64,000 nt of DNA, taken from a virus. Shown one piece after another: positions 46,601 to 55,395 of this stretch. The DNA lies in IMG/VR virus record IMGVR_UViG_3300033997_000141, positions 1 to 64,000 of that record; one strand, given 5' to 3'. Within the stretch, counting starts at the first letter, position 1. Each line of letters starts with the position of its first letter. The notes beneath the pieces are model-generated. The model saw only the letters and a program-made list of their open reading frames with translations. It had not been told where the DNA came from and searched no databases. Both the position numbers and the translations under genes were made by a program.

Positions 46601-47427
46601 TCGGGACGCAGCTGCGCCAGGCGCCAGCCCAGTCGCCACTCATCGAACTGGTTGTGCAGCTTGATCAGGCCCTTGTGCCCGGTCTCTTCAATGGCTCCCT
46701 TCAGATCGTCGGTATTGCCACTGGCGACCACAGCCTGCAGGTCTTCCAGGCCGTCGTAGCCGAAGGCCTCGACCAGCTTGTGGATGGCTGCCGGGCCCAT
46801 GCCGCGCACGCCGCCGTAGTTGTCCGACTTGTCGCCGACGATCGACTTGGCCAAGCTGGTCAGCTTTAGCGGTAGGCCTTCCAACTCGTGCCCTTCCGGG
46901 TACACGGCCTCGGCGCCCAGGTGCATGACGTTCTTGATGCTGACGCCGGTATCGTCGCTCACCAGCACCAGCAAGTCCTGGTCCACGGTGTAGACGGTGG
47001 AGGTAATGCCGGCCGCCTCCAGACGCTGCACGACCCAGGCGATCACGTCGTCCGCTTCCACGCCGATCACGGCGATCTGGACGATGCCCATGGCCGCCAG
47101 GAACTTCTTCGCCCAGTCCTCGAGCATGGCCAGCTGTTCGATCTCGATTGGGCTCTTTTCCTCGTCCTTCTTGGACTTCTGCCCCTTGTACTCGGGGAAG
47201 ATGGTGGTGCGGTACTCGCGGCCATGGTCATGGGCCACGATGATGTCCCGCGGACTGTCGCCGATCTCGAAGATCGGGTTCAGGTAACGGGTGATGAAGT
47301 CGGCAGCGCCTACCTGCCAGTGGGCGTAGGCTCGGCCGGTCTTCTCGCACGGCATGGCCTCGGGGTCCGAGGCGCCATAGTAGGCATGCTTGAGGGCAGC
47401 CCTGAAATCGATGATGTGCTTGTGCAT
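43663..47427 (-). CDS. polA: DNA polymerase, family A, with 5'-3' and 3'-5' exonuclease domains
   Basis: EADD and GDKSDN (5' nuclease), FDYES and HNAYFE (proofreading), DFNGQELR / KPVNFGLAYG / IYDE (motifs A/B/C). Confidence 0.95.
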   Translation of the reverse strand: MHKHIIDFRAALKHAYYGASDPEAMPCEKTGRAYAHWQVGAADFITRYLNPIFEIGDSPRDIIVAHDHGREYRTTIFPEYKGQKSKKDEEKSPIEIEQLAMLEDWAKKFLAAMGIVQIAVIGVEADDVIAWVVQRLEAAGITSTVYTVDQDLLVLVSDDTGVSIKNVMHLGAEAVYPEGHELEGLPLKLTSLAKSIVGDKSDNYGGVRGMGPAAIHKLVEAFGYDGLEDLQAVVASGNTDDLKGAIEETGHKGLIKLHNQFDEWRLGWRLAQLRPELCWKPRKRKLIKPIFVKRVPHPQKTYEYLAAVGCEDMWADGLDEFFPAPFAVTTENWEEMREGILASIAESPLVAFDYESSDKTQIANFRRASPRGNSFVDNLSQVLAGASFQFGKHLENVIYIPVDHHRSANLPKEVIAEILQHAMKHSQIVAHNAYFEGTVTRTNLGFWLTNCRDTRVMQRFYNENMGAGLKELSSEYLSFKQTSYQDTIAAGQAWAEDHGEPAKLMCHLTLDEVFNYGSDDSLVTGHLYDLLQLMLILDEQWLQYEAMAIRPTEPLQRAYIHGCNINWALQKRLHAADLKTIEEGMAELRQILQDNVSGNITEGCKSLIEAEKTYVLKSATRKAGAADNGADAEQVRSEGQAKLAEWRKKIEAACQYTPYRVEKVMPKFAFTEKQVSAALKAVGLPELAKLNHKAWQEYLASVGAEGFSDSWGMTDDQVELIEMVSTAMGAECMKINELRKHAEASEDGGFDNAKDHYQERLATAEKVFEKLGEVVQRLAKIEPREVEFGDALNVGSPVQMQHLLYCKIGAQVRLYGKKAGKSRLALGITVAGPATDEKAIETALANDIKHEWQRDALAVLLKVKSATTRCSLYHDKYPLWRHVDGRIHPYLTDYGTDTGRPTATSTNILAVSKGGVGLRSVYIPPNPDYVCVAIDFNGQELRLLACEANDPVMIDAYNNPAGEKDLHSVTGSGIAASKAKKLSGKEAADHAALGTFEQFNPARKQEDHPLHPLASAIRKASKPVNFGLAYGAGPATLSRNLIIPIEEAKELLDGAMELYNRIPAWQKEQAAFMETHGYTLTAFGTKRHATDDIFHKDNGKVARQHRQGANFGIQGSAADMLRRVLTWVAESGMMDRIRMEFFAPIYDEVVSWVHKDDVLAYCIEMGQYMADSTPPQHVVRQVPEYSIGPDWGRVHELGRDISPENVAKFVARSLEEAREIWEVDMLEPFDPITKVTFDEDAEMVEEEELEAEAA

Positions 47428-47428
47428 A

Positions 47429-47779
47429 TCAGCGCGTCCTTGGTTTGTGGATCAGCTGCGTGGACCCGTGCAGCTGGATCGGGATGTTGCGGGTCTTTAC
47501 CTTGCGCCGGCCGGGGTTTGTGGCACGCAAGGCCTTGGAGAGCATTTCCAGGTAGTCGGCCATACGCTGCGCCGCCGCCTCCTGGTTGGGCTGCACCGGC
47601 ATGCCCTCCATCTGCATGTACGCCTGAGCGCTGCCGTCGGAAAGAATGTCGATCCGCAACTCTTGATCGAACGTTATCTTTTCGCCCACGGCCATGACTT
47701 GATAGCGGAGGGTAAGCCCTCCGCTATCAAGCTCGGCGGTTGCACTTATGAACTCGCGCCTCGCCGAGATGAGTTTCAT
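47429..47779 (-). CDS. hypothetical protein
   Basis: ATGA coupling to thyX. Confidence 0.7.
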   Translation of the reverse strand: MKLISARREFISATAELDSGGLTLRYQVMAVGEKITFDQELRIDILSDGSAQAYMQMEGMPVQPNQEAAAQRMADYLEMLSKALRATNPGRRKVKTRNIPIQLHGSTQLIHKPRTR

Positions 47780-48507
47780 GCTGGCACGCCAGTCAGAGCT
47801 GCCCAACTGACGGGGAACAGCTCGGCCATGATGTCGCCGATCGGCAGGAACAGGTCGCGGACCTCGCCCTGAGCGTGAGAATCGACACGCTTGTTATAGG
47901 CGTTGGCGAAGGCGTACAGGCTGCCGGTCCAGTACCAGTTAACCTCGCAGCCCTGTGGGAGCACGAAACGGGCCTGCTCGGGGGCTACGCCCTGGCGCAC
48001 CAGTTCTTCATAGAAACTGATCATGTCCTCACAGCGCATGATGTATTGCTGGCGGATCAAGTGGCTGTCTGGGTGATCACCTGCACTGCCTTGCTTGACC
48101 TTGTCGCCGTCAGGCGCCTGGCGGAACATCTCGGGCACGAACAACTCAGGCCGAGAGCTGATATAGCGTCGGCTCTCCTCGTTTTCGACGAAGCCGACCT
48201 TGTGCTTGAAGCACTGGGTGCGGATCGGCACCGGCGCCTGCATGCGCAGCGTGATGCTGGTGTGGGCGAAGGGGGTCCAGTGCTCGTGCTTGGCCAGGTA
48301 GCGAATAAGGGCTGCGTGGCTGCGCGGGGTCTTCTTCGGTACCGCTCCAGGGATCTGCTTGACTGCCTCCTCCTCCAGGTCCTTGAGGATTTGGGCCGCT
48401 TCGTCGGTCAGAAAGTATTCGACGTCGAAGTCGTTGGCGAAGCTGACCTTGGCAGCCTTCACCACGCTCAGGTCGTCACCCATGTGGTCCACGTAAATAG
48501 CGTGCAT
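47776..48507 (-). CDS. thyX: flavin-dependent thymidylate synthase
   Basis: HWTPF, KHK..NEESRRY, APEQARFVLP, HAQGE. Confidence 0.95.
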   Translation of the reverse strand: MHAIYVDHMGDDLSVVKAAKVSFANDFDVEYFLTDEAAQILKDLEEEAVKQIPGAVPKKTPRSHAALIRYLAKHEHWTPFAHTSITLRMQAPVPIRTQCFKHKVGFVENEESRRYISSRPELFVPEMFRQAPDGDKVKQGSAGDHPDSHLIRQQYIMRCEDMISFYEELVRQGVAPEQARFVLPQGCEVNWYWTGSLYAFANAYNKRVDSHAQGEVRDLFLPIGDIMAELFPVSWAALTGVPA

Positions 48508-48597
48508 CTTTCGTCCTTACGGCATGTGCCGGAGTAGCGTGTCAATGATGGAGGCAGCGGCCCATGCCGCTGCCCACCTGGTGGCCATGTTGCTCAA

Positions 48598-48843
48598 CTA
48601 CAGAGCCGGGGCGTCACGGTTGGGGCCGCCGTTGCGCGGTGCTGCGACTTCTTCAGCCGTCACGCCCGGGCCAACCACGACCAGCCTACCTTCATCGAAC
48701 CACTCGGCCTTCTCCATCTTGCCGTCGCGCAGCTCAGGCTGCAGGCCGTACTGATCGCAGCCGGTCAGGTACTTGCAATGGGCAACTGCGATACCTTCAA
48801 AGCCGGTGATCTTGTCGCGAACCTTCTTCCCGAGCATGGTCAT
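48598..48843 (-). CDS. hypothetical phage protein
   Basis: GKKVRDKITGFEG..YLTGCDQY..WFDEGRL, a widespread small phage family. Confidence 0.8.
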   Translation of the reverse strand: MTMLGKKVRDKITGFEGIAVAHCKYLTGCDQYGLQPELRDGKMEKAEWFDEGRLVVVGPGVTAEEVAAPRNGGPNRDAPAL

Positions 48844-49478
48844 TTACCTTCCTCCTTGTCAGCGCGCTCTTGCGCAGCCTGGTCGCTGTAACCGTTCTTG
48901 TAGCGCTTGCCGAGCAGCTTGACCTTGTTGTGGAGCGAGGCCTCGAGGAGGCTGACGCGGACGCCGTTCAGGATGCCAACCTGGTAGAACAGGCCATCAC
49001 CCGCTTCCTCGACCACGTTTTCCACGTCCAGCTCATCGCCTTGGATGTGGTTCAGAACGGCTTCCAGCATTTCGCCGGCCTCGCCGGCCCAGCCAATGGC
49101 CATGTGCAGCAGGTGGGCCTTCTCCGGGGTCAGGTCTTCGAAGGCCTTGGCCAGCTCGGCGCTGCTGCCCAGCGGGAACACGCTGACGTTCGGCAGGTCA
49201 CTCTCGGCTTTGTTGTAGACGGTCAGCTTTTTCACCCGGTCCAGAGCGCTGCTGTTGGTAACCACCGCCGAGCACGTGCGCATCAGGCTGATGAACTTGT
49301 CGAACGTAAGCTCGGCGCGGATAACCTCGCCGGACTTGGCCAGGTTCTTCACCATCAGCGGGTAGCTGTGGTCACGCACGGTGGCCTGGTGCTCGGCCGG
49401 CAGCTCGGCGACGATCTCGTTGCCACGCTCGGCGGACATGGCGATGGACAGGGTATGGATCAGGTCATTCTGGGACAT
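48840..49478 (-). CDS. MazG-like NTP pyrophosphohydrolase
   Basis: GWAGEAGE..EEAGDGLFY..N..KL..RY. Confidence 0.85.
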   Translation of the reverse strand: MSQNDLIHTLSIAMSAERGNEIVAELPAEHQATVRDHSYPLMVKNLAKSGEVIRAELTFDKFISLMRTCSAVVTNSSALDRVKKLTVYNKAESDLPNVSVFPLGSSAELAKAFEDLTPEKAHLLHMAIGWAGEAGEMLEAVLNHIQGDELDVENVVEEAGDGLFYQVGILNGVRVSLLEASLHNKVKLLGKRYKNGYSDQAAQERADKEEGK

Positions 49479-49489
49479 GCAACAACTCC

Positions 49490-49503
49490 TTGATTTAAAT
49501 CAA
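49490..49503. promoter_or_regulatory. perfect FNR/Anr-box consensus palindrome
   Basis: TTGAT-TTAA-ATCAA, abutting the mazG SD. Confidence 0.4.
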
Positions 49504-49535
49504 TAAAAAAGCCCGGAAGCTCTCACTACCGGGCT
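49502..49535 (-). terminator. Rho-independent terminator
   Basis: Minus strand AGCCCGG..CCGGGCT followed by TTTTTATT. Confidence 0.85.
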
Positions 49536-49552
49536 CAATCTCAACGCAGGTG

Positions 49553-50452
49553 TTACGCCGGCAGACTCATCTTGAAGACCCACGGACGCCAGGTGGTGTT
49601 GCCCTTCTTGATGGAAGCGCCGACCTTGCAGTTCAGCACCAGCTGATCCGGCAGCTGCCGGAACTTCTGGCGGGCGACAGCGCAAGCGCCGCTCAGTCGG
49701 TCGGTGGATGCTGGCGGGATGCTCAGGCTGACCATGTGCTCTTGCAGGTCATCGTCGCGGTTCGTCAGCGTGGCCATGCCTTCCAGGTAGCGCTTGATGT
49801 CCCACTCTTCCTTCGCGTAGCCCTGTTCGACCCACTCGGCCTGGATCTCGGTGGCTGGGGAGCCATCGGTCAGCAGGTCGCCTTTCGGGTCATAGCTGAA
49901 GTAGACGGGCGAATCGTCGCCGTCGTACTGGCGCACGATGTAGATCGGACGGGTACCCATCAGGACGCAGTCGAAGGATTCGCCGAGGTCACGTTCTTCG
50001 GTGCCCAGCTTGAAGCGGCCTTCGTGCAGCTTGATGCGGTCGAAGGACATGCCGGTGACGTTCAGACCTTCGAAGCCGTGGTCCGCCATGTCGGCGGTGA
50101 AGGCTGCCATCGCCCCGCTCTTGCCTGCGGTACCAGCGATTGCTGGTGGTGCGCTGGCAGTTGCCACAGCGACTTCCTGACGCTGCTCGGCGACGACTTC
50201 GGGCTCCGGTTCTTCTTCCAGCTCGGCGGCTGGTTCGGCTTCTTCCACCCCCTGGGCCTGCTCTGCTTCCGCTTCAGGCTGGCGTTCCACCGCGGCTTCG
50301 GGCTCCTGCCCTCCCTGCACTTCGCTGTTCTGCTCGACCTGGGCCTCTTGGGCCTGATCGACGGTCTCCTTGACCTGAGCTTCCTGCTCTTGGGCTGCGA
50401 TGTTGGTGGCGTTGGTCTTGACTTCGGTAGTTGCGGCTTTACGCAGTGCCAT
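49553..50452 (-). CDS. putative ssDNA-binding/annealing protein with acidic disordered N-terminus
   Basis: Own promoter and terminator, replication context, beta-rich C-terminus; function is inference. Confidence 0.5.
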   Translation of the reverse strand: MALRKAATTEVKTNATNIAAQEQEAQVKETVDQAQEAQVEQNSEVQGGQEPEAAVERQPEAEAEQAQGVEEAEPAAELEEEPEPEVVAEQRQEVAVATASAPPAIAGTAGKSGAMAAFTADMADHGFEGLNVTGMSFDRIKLHEGRFKLGTEERDLGESFDCVLMGTRPIYIVRQYDGDDSPVYFSYDPKGDLLTDGSPATEIQAEWVEQGYAKEEWDIKRYLEGMATLTNRDDDLQEHMVSLSIPPASTDRLSGACAVARQKFRQLPDQLVLNCKVGASIKKGNTTWRPWVFKMSLPA

Positions 50453-50525
50453 GGTCTATCTCACTTTTCAGGTTAAATTTACAATTTCAGTGGCAATCAG
50501 CGCACTTTTCGCTGATGCAGTCTGC

Positions 50526-50555
50526 TTTATACCGAGGCAGATGACTCGGTGTCAA
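50526..50555 (-). promoter_or_regulatory. sigma70-like promoter with palindromic spacer
   Basis: TTGACA-CCGAGtcatctgcCTCGG-TATAAA. Confidence 0.7.
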
Positions 50556-50559
50556 CCGG

Positions 50560-52242
50560 TCAAGCAGCCATCAGCTCGTGGAGCAGATCGTGCTTGTCCC
50601 GAATTGCTCGGTTGTTGCTCTCCTCGTTCTTGAGGAGGTTCTTGAAGTTTTTGTCGCTCAGGGTGCCCAGCACCCGCATGAAGTACACGTTGACGATCTT
50701 CAGCTGTCCCTTCCGGTAGGCCCGTGCCAGCGCCTGCTTGGCGTCCTTCGGCGAGGTCGGGCACTCGTAGAAGATGATGTAGCTGGCGACCTGCAGGTTG
50801 AGCGCTGCGCCGCCGCTGATCCAGTTGATGATCAGCAGGTTGCTGTCCTCGTCGTTCTTGAACCGGTCGATCTCGTCCTGCGCCCCCTTGGTCCCGCCGT
50901 AGATCACGCAGGGCTTCAGGTGGGCGTAGCGCTTGGCCAACTGGTCAACCGCGCCCCGGTAGAAGGCGAAGATGATCACCTTGCGCTCGACGTTGGGCTT
51001 GATGCTGTCGATCAGCTGGTCTGTAGCCGTTGCCAACTGGTTCTCGCCGGTGTAGCCGTACTCCTCTGGGCAGCTGATCAGCCGCAGCGCTGTGTGTCGC
51101 ATTTCGCTGATGCTCTGCGGCGAGATCACCAGGTCACCCAGAATGGCGAACTTGTCGTTCACCACGTTCCGGTACAGCTTGGCGTGGGCGCCGGTAAGCC
51201 TGACGGGGTACTCGCTGATGATGGGCTCAGGTAGCTCGATCACGTCGCGCTTCTGTACCCGGCTGGCGTTGGCCCAGAGCGATTCGAAAATCTTCTCCGG
51301 GTTCACGTAGTCGGCGATCTGCTTGATCGTCTTCTCGCGCCCGCCAGGCAGCGGTACCCTGAACTCCTTGATGATGCAGTGCTGGCGCAGGAATGCTGCC
51401 TTGTTCAGGTAGGCCTCGGGGTTGATCAGCCTGATCAGTCCGTAGCAATCGTGCAGGTGCGTCGGCACCGGCGTCCCGGACATCAGGTAGATCGCCACGT
51501 CGTCCTTCAGGATGCGCGACATCTCGACCACGGACTTCGAGATGATCGAGTCCATACCGCACAGGGCGTGGGCCTCGTCGAAGAACAGGACGTTGTAGCC
51601 ACGCTCCTTGAGCAGGTTCTGGTGCGGGTTCTTGGCCTTGCCCTTGCCCTTCCGGATCGTGATGATACGTCCGTCTGGGGTGTAGGGTGTGGCCTTCTCG
51701 TAGGCGGGGTTGCCCTCGGCGTCGAAGTACGGGGTGGCGAACTCCTCCGGCGTGCCAACCTTGGCCATGTTGCGCACCCGCCAGAGGTTGTTGCCGATGT
51801 TCTTCACCGAGGAGTGGTCGTTGTACACCCGGAAAATGTCGTAGGACATGATCAGGATATCCGGCCAGCCGTCCTTCTCCCACTCGGAGACCAGCTTCTT
51901 TTTCTTGCTTGAGCTGACGTCTAAGTGCTCAATTTTCAGGTACTTGCGGATGTTTTTGAAGAAGTCTTCGAACTCCCGCATGAACTGGATGATGGGTGCT
52001 GGCGGCATCACGAAGACCACCTTGTTGCCCAGGGCAGCCATCAAGATGGCATGCACCTGGGCAGGGTAGGTCTTGCCGATCCCCGGCTCCCCGAAGTCGC
52101 CATACCGGTAATAGCGGGGGTAGGCGTGGATCATCTGCATCTGGTGAGGCATAGGCCAGTGCAGCAACTCGATCTTGCTGAACCAGGTGGGGTGGTTATG
52201 CACCCCCGAGGCCAGCATCAGGTCGTCCAGGGTCATCGGCAT
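50560..52242 (-). CDS. SNF2-family (SF2) helicase
   Basis: EPGIGKT, FDEAH, MSGTP, ALNLQ, QALARAYRKGQ. Confidence 0.92.
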   Translation of the reverse strand: MPMTLDDLMLASGVHNHPTWFSKIELLHWPMPHQMQMIHAYPRYYRYGDFGEPGIGKTYPAQVHAILMAALGNKVVFVMPPAPIIQFMREFEDFFKNIRKYLKIEHLDVSSSKKKKLVSEWEKDGWPDILIMSYDIFRVYNDHSSVKNIGNNLWRVRNMAKVGTPEEFATPYFDAEGNPAYEKATPYTPDGRIITIRKGKGKAKNPHQNLLKERGYNVLFFDEAHALCGMDSIISKSVVEMSRILKDDVAIYLMSGTPVPTHLHDCYGLIRLINPEAYLNKAAFLRQHCIIKEFRVPLPGGREKTIKQIADYVNPEKIFESLWANASRVQKRDVIELPEPIISEYPVRLTGAHAKLYRNVVNDKFAILGDLVISPQSISEMRHTALRLISCPEEYGYTGENQLATATDQLIDSIKPNVERKVIIFAFYRGAVDQLAKRYAHLKPCVIYGGTKGAQDEIDRFKNDEDSNLLIINWISGGAALNLQVASYIIFYECPTSPKDAKQALARAYRKGQLKIVNVYFMRVLGTLSDKNFKNLLKNEESNNRAIRDKHDLLHELMAA

Positions 52243-55142
52243 CAGGCTTCCTCCGGTACGTCGCTTTCCATGAAGTTGTTCATCACCGTGCCGCGTTCAG
52301 CCAGCTTGGAGAGACTGAGGACGAACACCTCGGTGTCTTCGCGCCCCGGGTAGGGCTCCGAGCGTTCGTAGTAGGTCTCGCCGATGATCAGGTCGCGCAG
52401 CTGGCTGTATGCCTGGATCACCACCGTGTCGCCCTGGTTGCGGGAGAACGACTTGTACCGGGGCATGCAGGTGTGCAGGACCAGGTACAGGCTGTCGCCC
52501 AGGCGCCAGTAGTGCATGCCCGGCTTCAGTTGGTAGCGCTCGTCGGTGCTGGACTCCGCCATGATGTTCATCGTGGTCAGAACGCGGTCCACTTCCGAGG
52601 TCATCCGGCCACGCTCGGCCTTCACCACGCCACCGCCCAAGTAGGCAACCAAGCCGTCGTACAGCCGCTGCACTTCCTCACGCCCACCCACCTTGAACTC
52701 TGCCATGGTGTGCAGGAGCATGTGCAGGCCGGTCAGGCAGGTCATGTGGCCCCAGCGCGGCCGGCTGCTGATCTTGGCGTGGATCAGGTCGTGCTTGCTG
52801 TGGAAAATCTCCAGCAGTGCCGACGGCGAGGTACCCATGGCCACTGTGACCAAAGCCTTGGCCATCCGCAGCAGCGCATCCTTGTGACGGATCGCCTGCG
52901 AGTAGTTGCGCTGGTACACCGGGTTCTCCAAAGAGCGAGACTGCAGCTTGACCTCGACCGAACGGCCGCGCAGCGCTGGCATGACCGGTGACTGCTCGCT
53001 GGTGTAGACGATCGGCGCCGAGATCCGGTCGTCCGTCTGCCCCAGCTCCTTGCCCATGATCCGGCCGCGCTGCACCGGTGCCTTGTTCCACGACGCCTTC
53101 AGGATACCGGCGATGCGGGGGTACTTCGTGCCCAGCTGGCCAGGGTTCACCTCCTCCACCAGGCGAGGGACCGTGGTCGAGCTGCTGAGGTACTTGATCA
53201 GCGGGTATTCGGTACCGACTTCCACGTTCATGTACTCGGCCACGGTGTAGTCGATGCCGCTGAGCAGCGCCACCAGCACCGCGGTAGACGTCTTGCCGGC
53301 CTCCGAGTTGCCGCTGATGTTGAGCAGGGGGAACTGCGGCTCCCGGAACTGGATGTGCTCCCGGAAATGGCAGGCGACGGTCCAGCCAATGATCATCGCC
53401 ACCGAGATCGGGTCGTTGATGTTGCAGAGCGCGATCAGAGCCGTCTCAAGGTCCGTGTCGTTTTCGAAGGGGTTGGTGCCACGCAGCAGCGCTGGCGACT
53501 GGCGCGGGTTGCCGCTGTAGCGGTAGCCGCTGCGCATGTTCTTGATGGTGATGGAGCTGTCAGCCTCGACGTAATGGGGAATGACCTTCCCATCCTTGCG
53601 ATCGAGGATCAGCCCACACACAGCTGATCGAGTCATCTTTTCGAGTTCCTTGTCCTCTGCTTTCTCACGGCCGAAGTATGTGACCGCCTTCAGCAGCCGC
53701 TGGATGTCAGCGTCACCGGCGTAGACCAGGGCGTCACCGTGCCCTTGGATCGAGCTGATCAGCTCGCGCTTCGAGCCCCAGGCCCGCTCGGGGATGCGGA
53801 CGTCGCGGTGGATGCGGCCTTCGTCATCGATCAGGTAGCCCTGCAGCTCCTTGCGCACACTGATCCGCCAGCCTGGCGTCCCGTCGCGGTCCATGTGTGG
53901 CTCCAGGTCGTGAACCTCGACCTCGGGCCAGAAGGTGAAGCTGGACAGCTGGCGCCGGCCGTTCTCCATCACCAACCAGTAGCCCTTCGGGTCCCAGCTG
54001 ATGTTGGTAGCGGCGTTGTACTGGCTCGGCGAAGCGCCGGCCTGGTCGGTGTCGCCATTGGCGATGTCTGCGCGGCACACCGGGCAGCCGCCACAGCGCT
54101 TGCCGATCACCGAGATGAATGCACCTGGTGCAAACTTGAACTGCCCGGCGAAGGTGCGGCTCAGGTGGCCCTTGACGTGCTTGATCCGCTCGGTTTCGCT
54201 CGGGCGAGAGCTGCTTTCCACGTTCTTGCAGAACGGGTAGACCAGCAGCTCCATGTACTCCTTCTCCTCCGACCTGTCGTAGGCGGCGGCGATGTAGGAG
54301 GAGAGCTGCAGGGCGGCCTGGTTCCACGTCGAGCTGTCGCAGTCACCCTCGGTGATGAGGATCTGCACGCAGCCTGGGATGCCCTCCCATTCCCTGAAGG
54401 TCTCCCGCGGCACCGTGGTAGCCTCGAGCAAGGCTCGCACCCGGCGGCTGGCCGCCAGCTTGGCCTTCTTGAACAGTTCGACGCACTTCGGGTAGGTGAC
54501 GTTCTTCGGCGGGGTATTCACGGCCATCTTCGGCCGTGGCTGCGCCACCAGCACGCCATAGCCTTCGGCGTCCAGGGTCTGCAGCTCCTCGATGGAGACG
54601 CCCACCTTGTAGGTACCCTTGCCCGGCCTGGCCACGCCTTCGCAGCGCCACATGCGGCCTTGGCCACAGCTGTACACGCTGTTGTCGATTGCGGAGTCGG
54701 TAGGCTTCAGGCCCACGCCGTCCTGCACCGTGAGCATGATCTCGCGGTAGATGTACGGCAGGAACTTTGTTGGCGATTTGACGCCGAACACTTCACCGGC
54801 GATGGTGAAATGGACGCCCTTACCGCCAGAGAGCCAGCAATTGATGAACTCGCCGGGGATGTCCAGCTTGGTCATCAGGTAATCGAGGACGAGGCGCGCA
54901 TCATCCAGGGCGCGGTCGAGGTCGTCTTCCTTGTCAAAGTCGAAGTACATGGGGCCCAGGTACTTGACCGTCTCCAGCGGTTCGATACCTTTTTCGAAAA
55001 GTTCTTCGGGGTTCTGATCAACCATCAGAACAGTCTGGAACGAGGGCGGCCCGGGCAGAGCTGAAGGGTCCTTCAGCTGCTCAGCTGTGTATGGGCGCCA
55101 TGGTTCCTTCCCGTTCGTCTTGAACTGGAGGAAGTAGAGCAT
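52242..55142 (-). CDS. primase-polymerase (AEP) fused to DUF927-like helicase
   Basis: YFDFD and SGGKGVH (AEP), CGGCPVC, GNSEAGKTS Walker A. Confidence 0.85.
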   Translation of the reverse strand: MLYFLQFKTNGKEPWRPYTAEQLKDPSALPGPPSFQTVLMVDQNPEELFEKGIEPLETVKYLGPMYFDFDKEDDLDRALDDARLVLDYLMTKLDIPGEFINCWLSGGKGVHFTIAGEVFGVKSPTKFLPYIYREIMLTVQDGVGLKPTDSAIDNSVYSCGQGRMWRCEGVARPGKGTYKVGVSIEELQTLDAEGYGVLVAQPRPKMAVNTPPKNVTYPKCVELFKKAKLAASRRVRALLEATTVPRETFREWEGIPGCVQILITEGDCDSSTWNQAALQLSSYIAAAYDRSEEKEYMELLVYPFCKNVESSSRPSETERIKHVKGHLSRTFAGQFKFAPGAFISVIGKRCGGCPVCRADIANGDTDQAGASPSQYNAATNISWDPKGYWLVMENGRRQLSSFTFWPEVEVHDLEPHMDRDGTPGWRISVRKELQGYLIDDEGRIHRDVRIPERAWGSKRELISSIQGHGDALVYAGDADIQRLLKAVTYFGREKAEDKELEKMTRSAVCGLILDRKDGKVIPHYVEADSSITIKNMRSGYRYSGNPRQSPALLRGTNPFENDTDLETALIALCNINDPISVAMIIGWTVACHFREHIQFREPQFPLLNISGNSEAGKTSTAVLVALLSGIDYTVAEYMNVEVGTEYPLIKYLSSSTTVPRLVEEVNPGQLGTKYPRIAGILKASWNKAPVQRGRIMGKELGQTDDRISAPIVYTSEQSPVMPALRGRSVEVKLQSRSLENPVYQRNYSQAIRHKDALLRMAKALVTVAMGTSPSALLEIFHSKHDLIHAKISSRPRWGHMTCLTGLHMLLHTMAEFKVGGREEVQRLYDGLVAYLGGGVVKAERGRMTSEVDRVLTTMNIMAESSTDERYQLKPGMHYWRLGDSLYLVLHTCMPRYKSFSRNQGDTVVIQAYSQLRDLIIGETYYERSEPYPGREDTEVFVLSLSKLAERGTVMNNFMESDVPEEA

Positions 55143-55149
55143 GGCGGGC

Positions 55150-55395
55150 TCAGGCCTCCATGCGCTGGATGGTCAGGCGCTTGACGTAAGTCTTGCCGTC
55201 GGCATTGTAGGCTTGGAAATCCAGCTCGCTCTTGAGGCCGCGACGGGCGACAGCCTGCTTGAACAGCGTGATGTTGTAGACCTTCTTCGGCATCACCACG
55301 GCCCCGTCGATTTGCAGCGTGTTGTAGTGCTTGGCCAGCTCTGCGTAATCAATCGGCTCTGCGGCCCGGCCTTTTGCGTGATCAACGGTTTGCAT
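55150..55395 (-). CDS. hypothetical protein
   Basis: AGGAG SD before ATG 55395. Confidence 0.75.
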   Translation of the reverse strand: MQTVDHAKGRAAEPIDYAELAKHYNTLQIDGAVVMPKKVYNITLFKQAVARRGLKSELDFQAYNADGKTYVKRLTIQRMEA

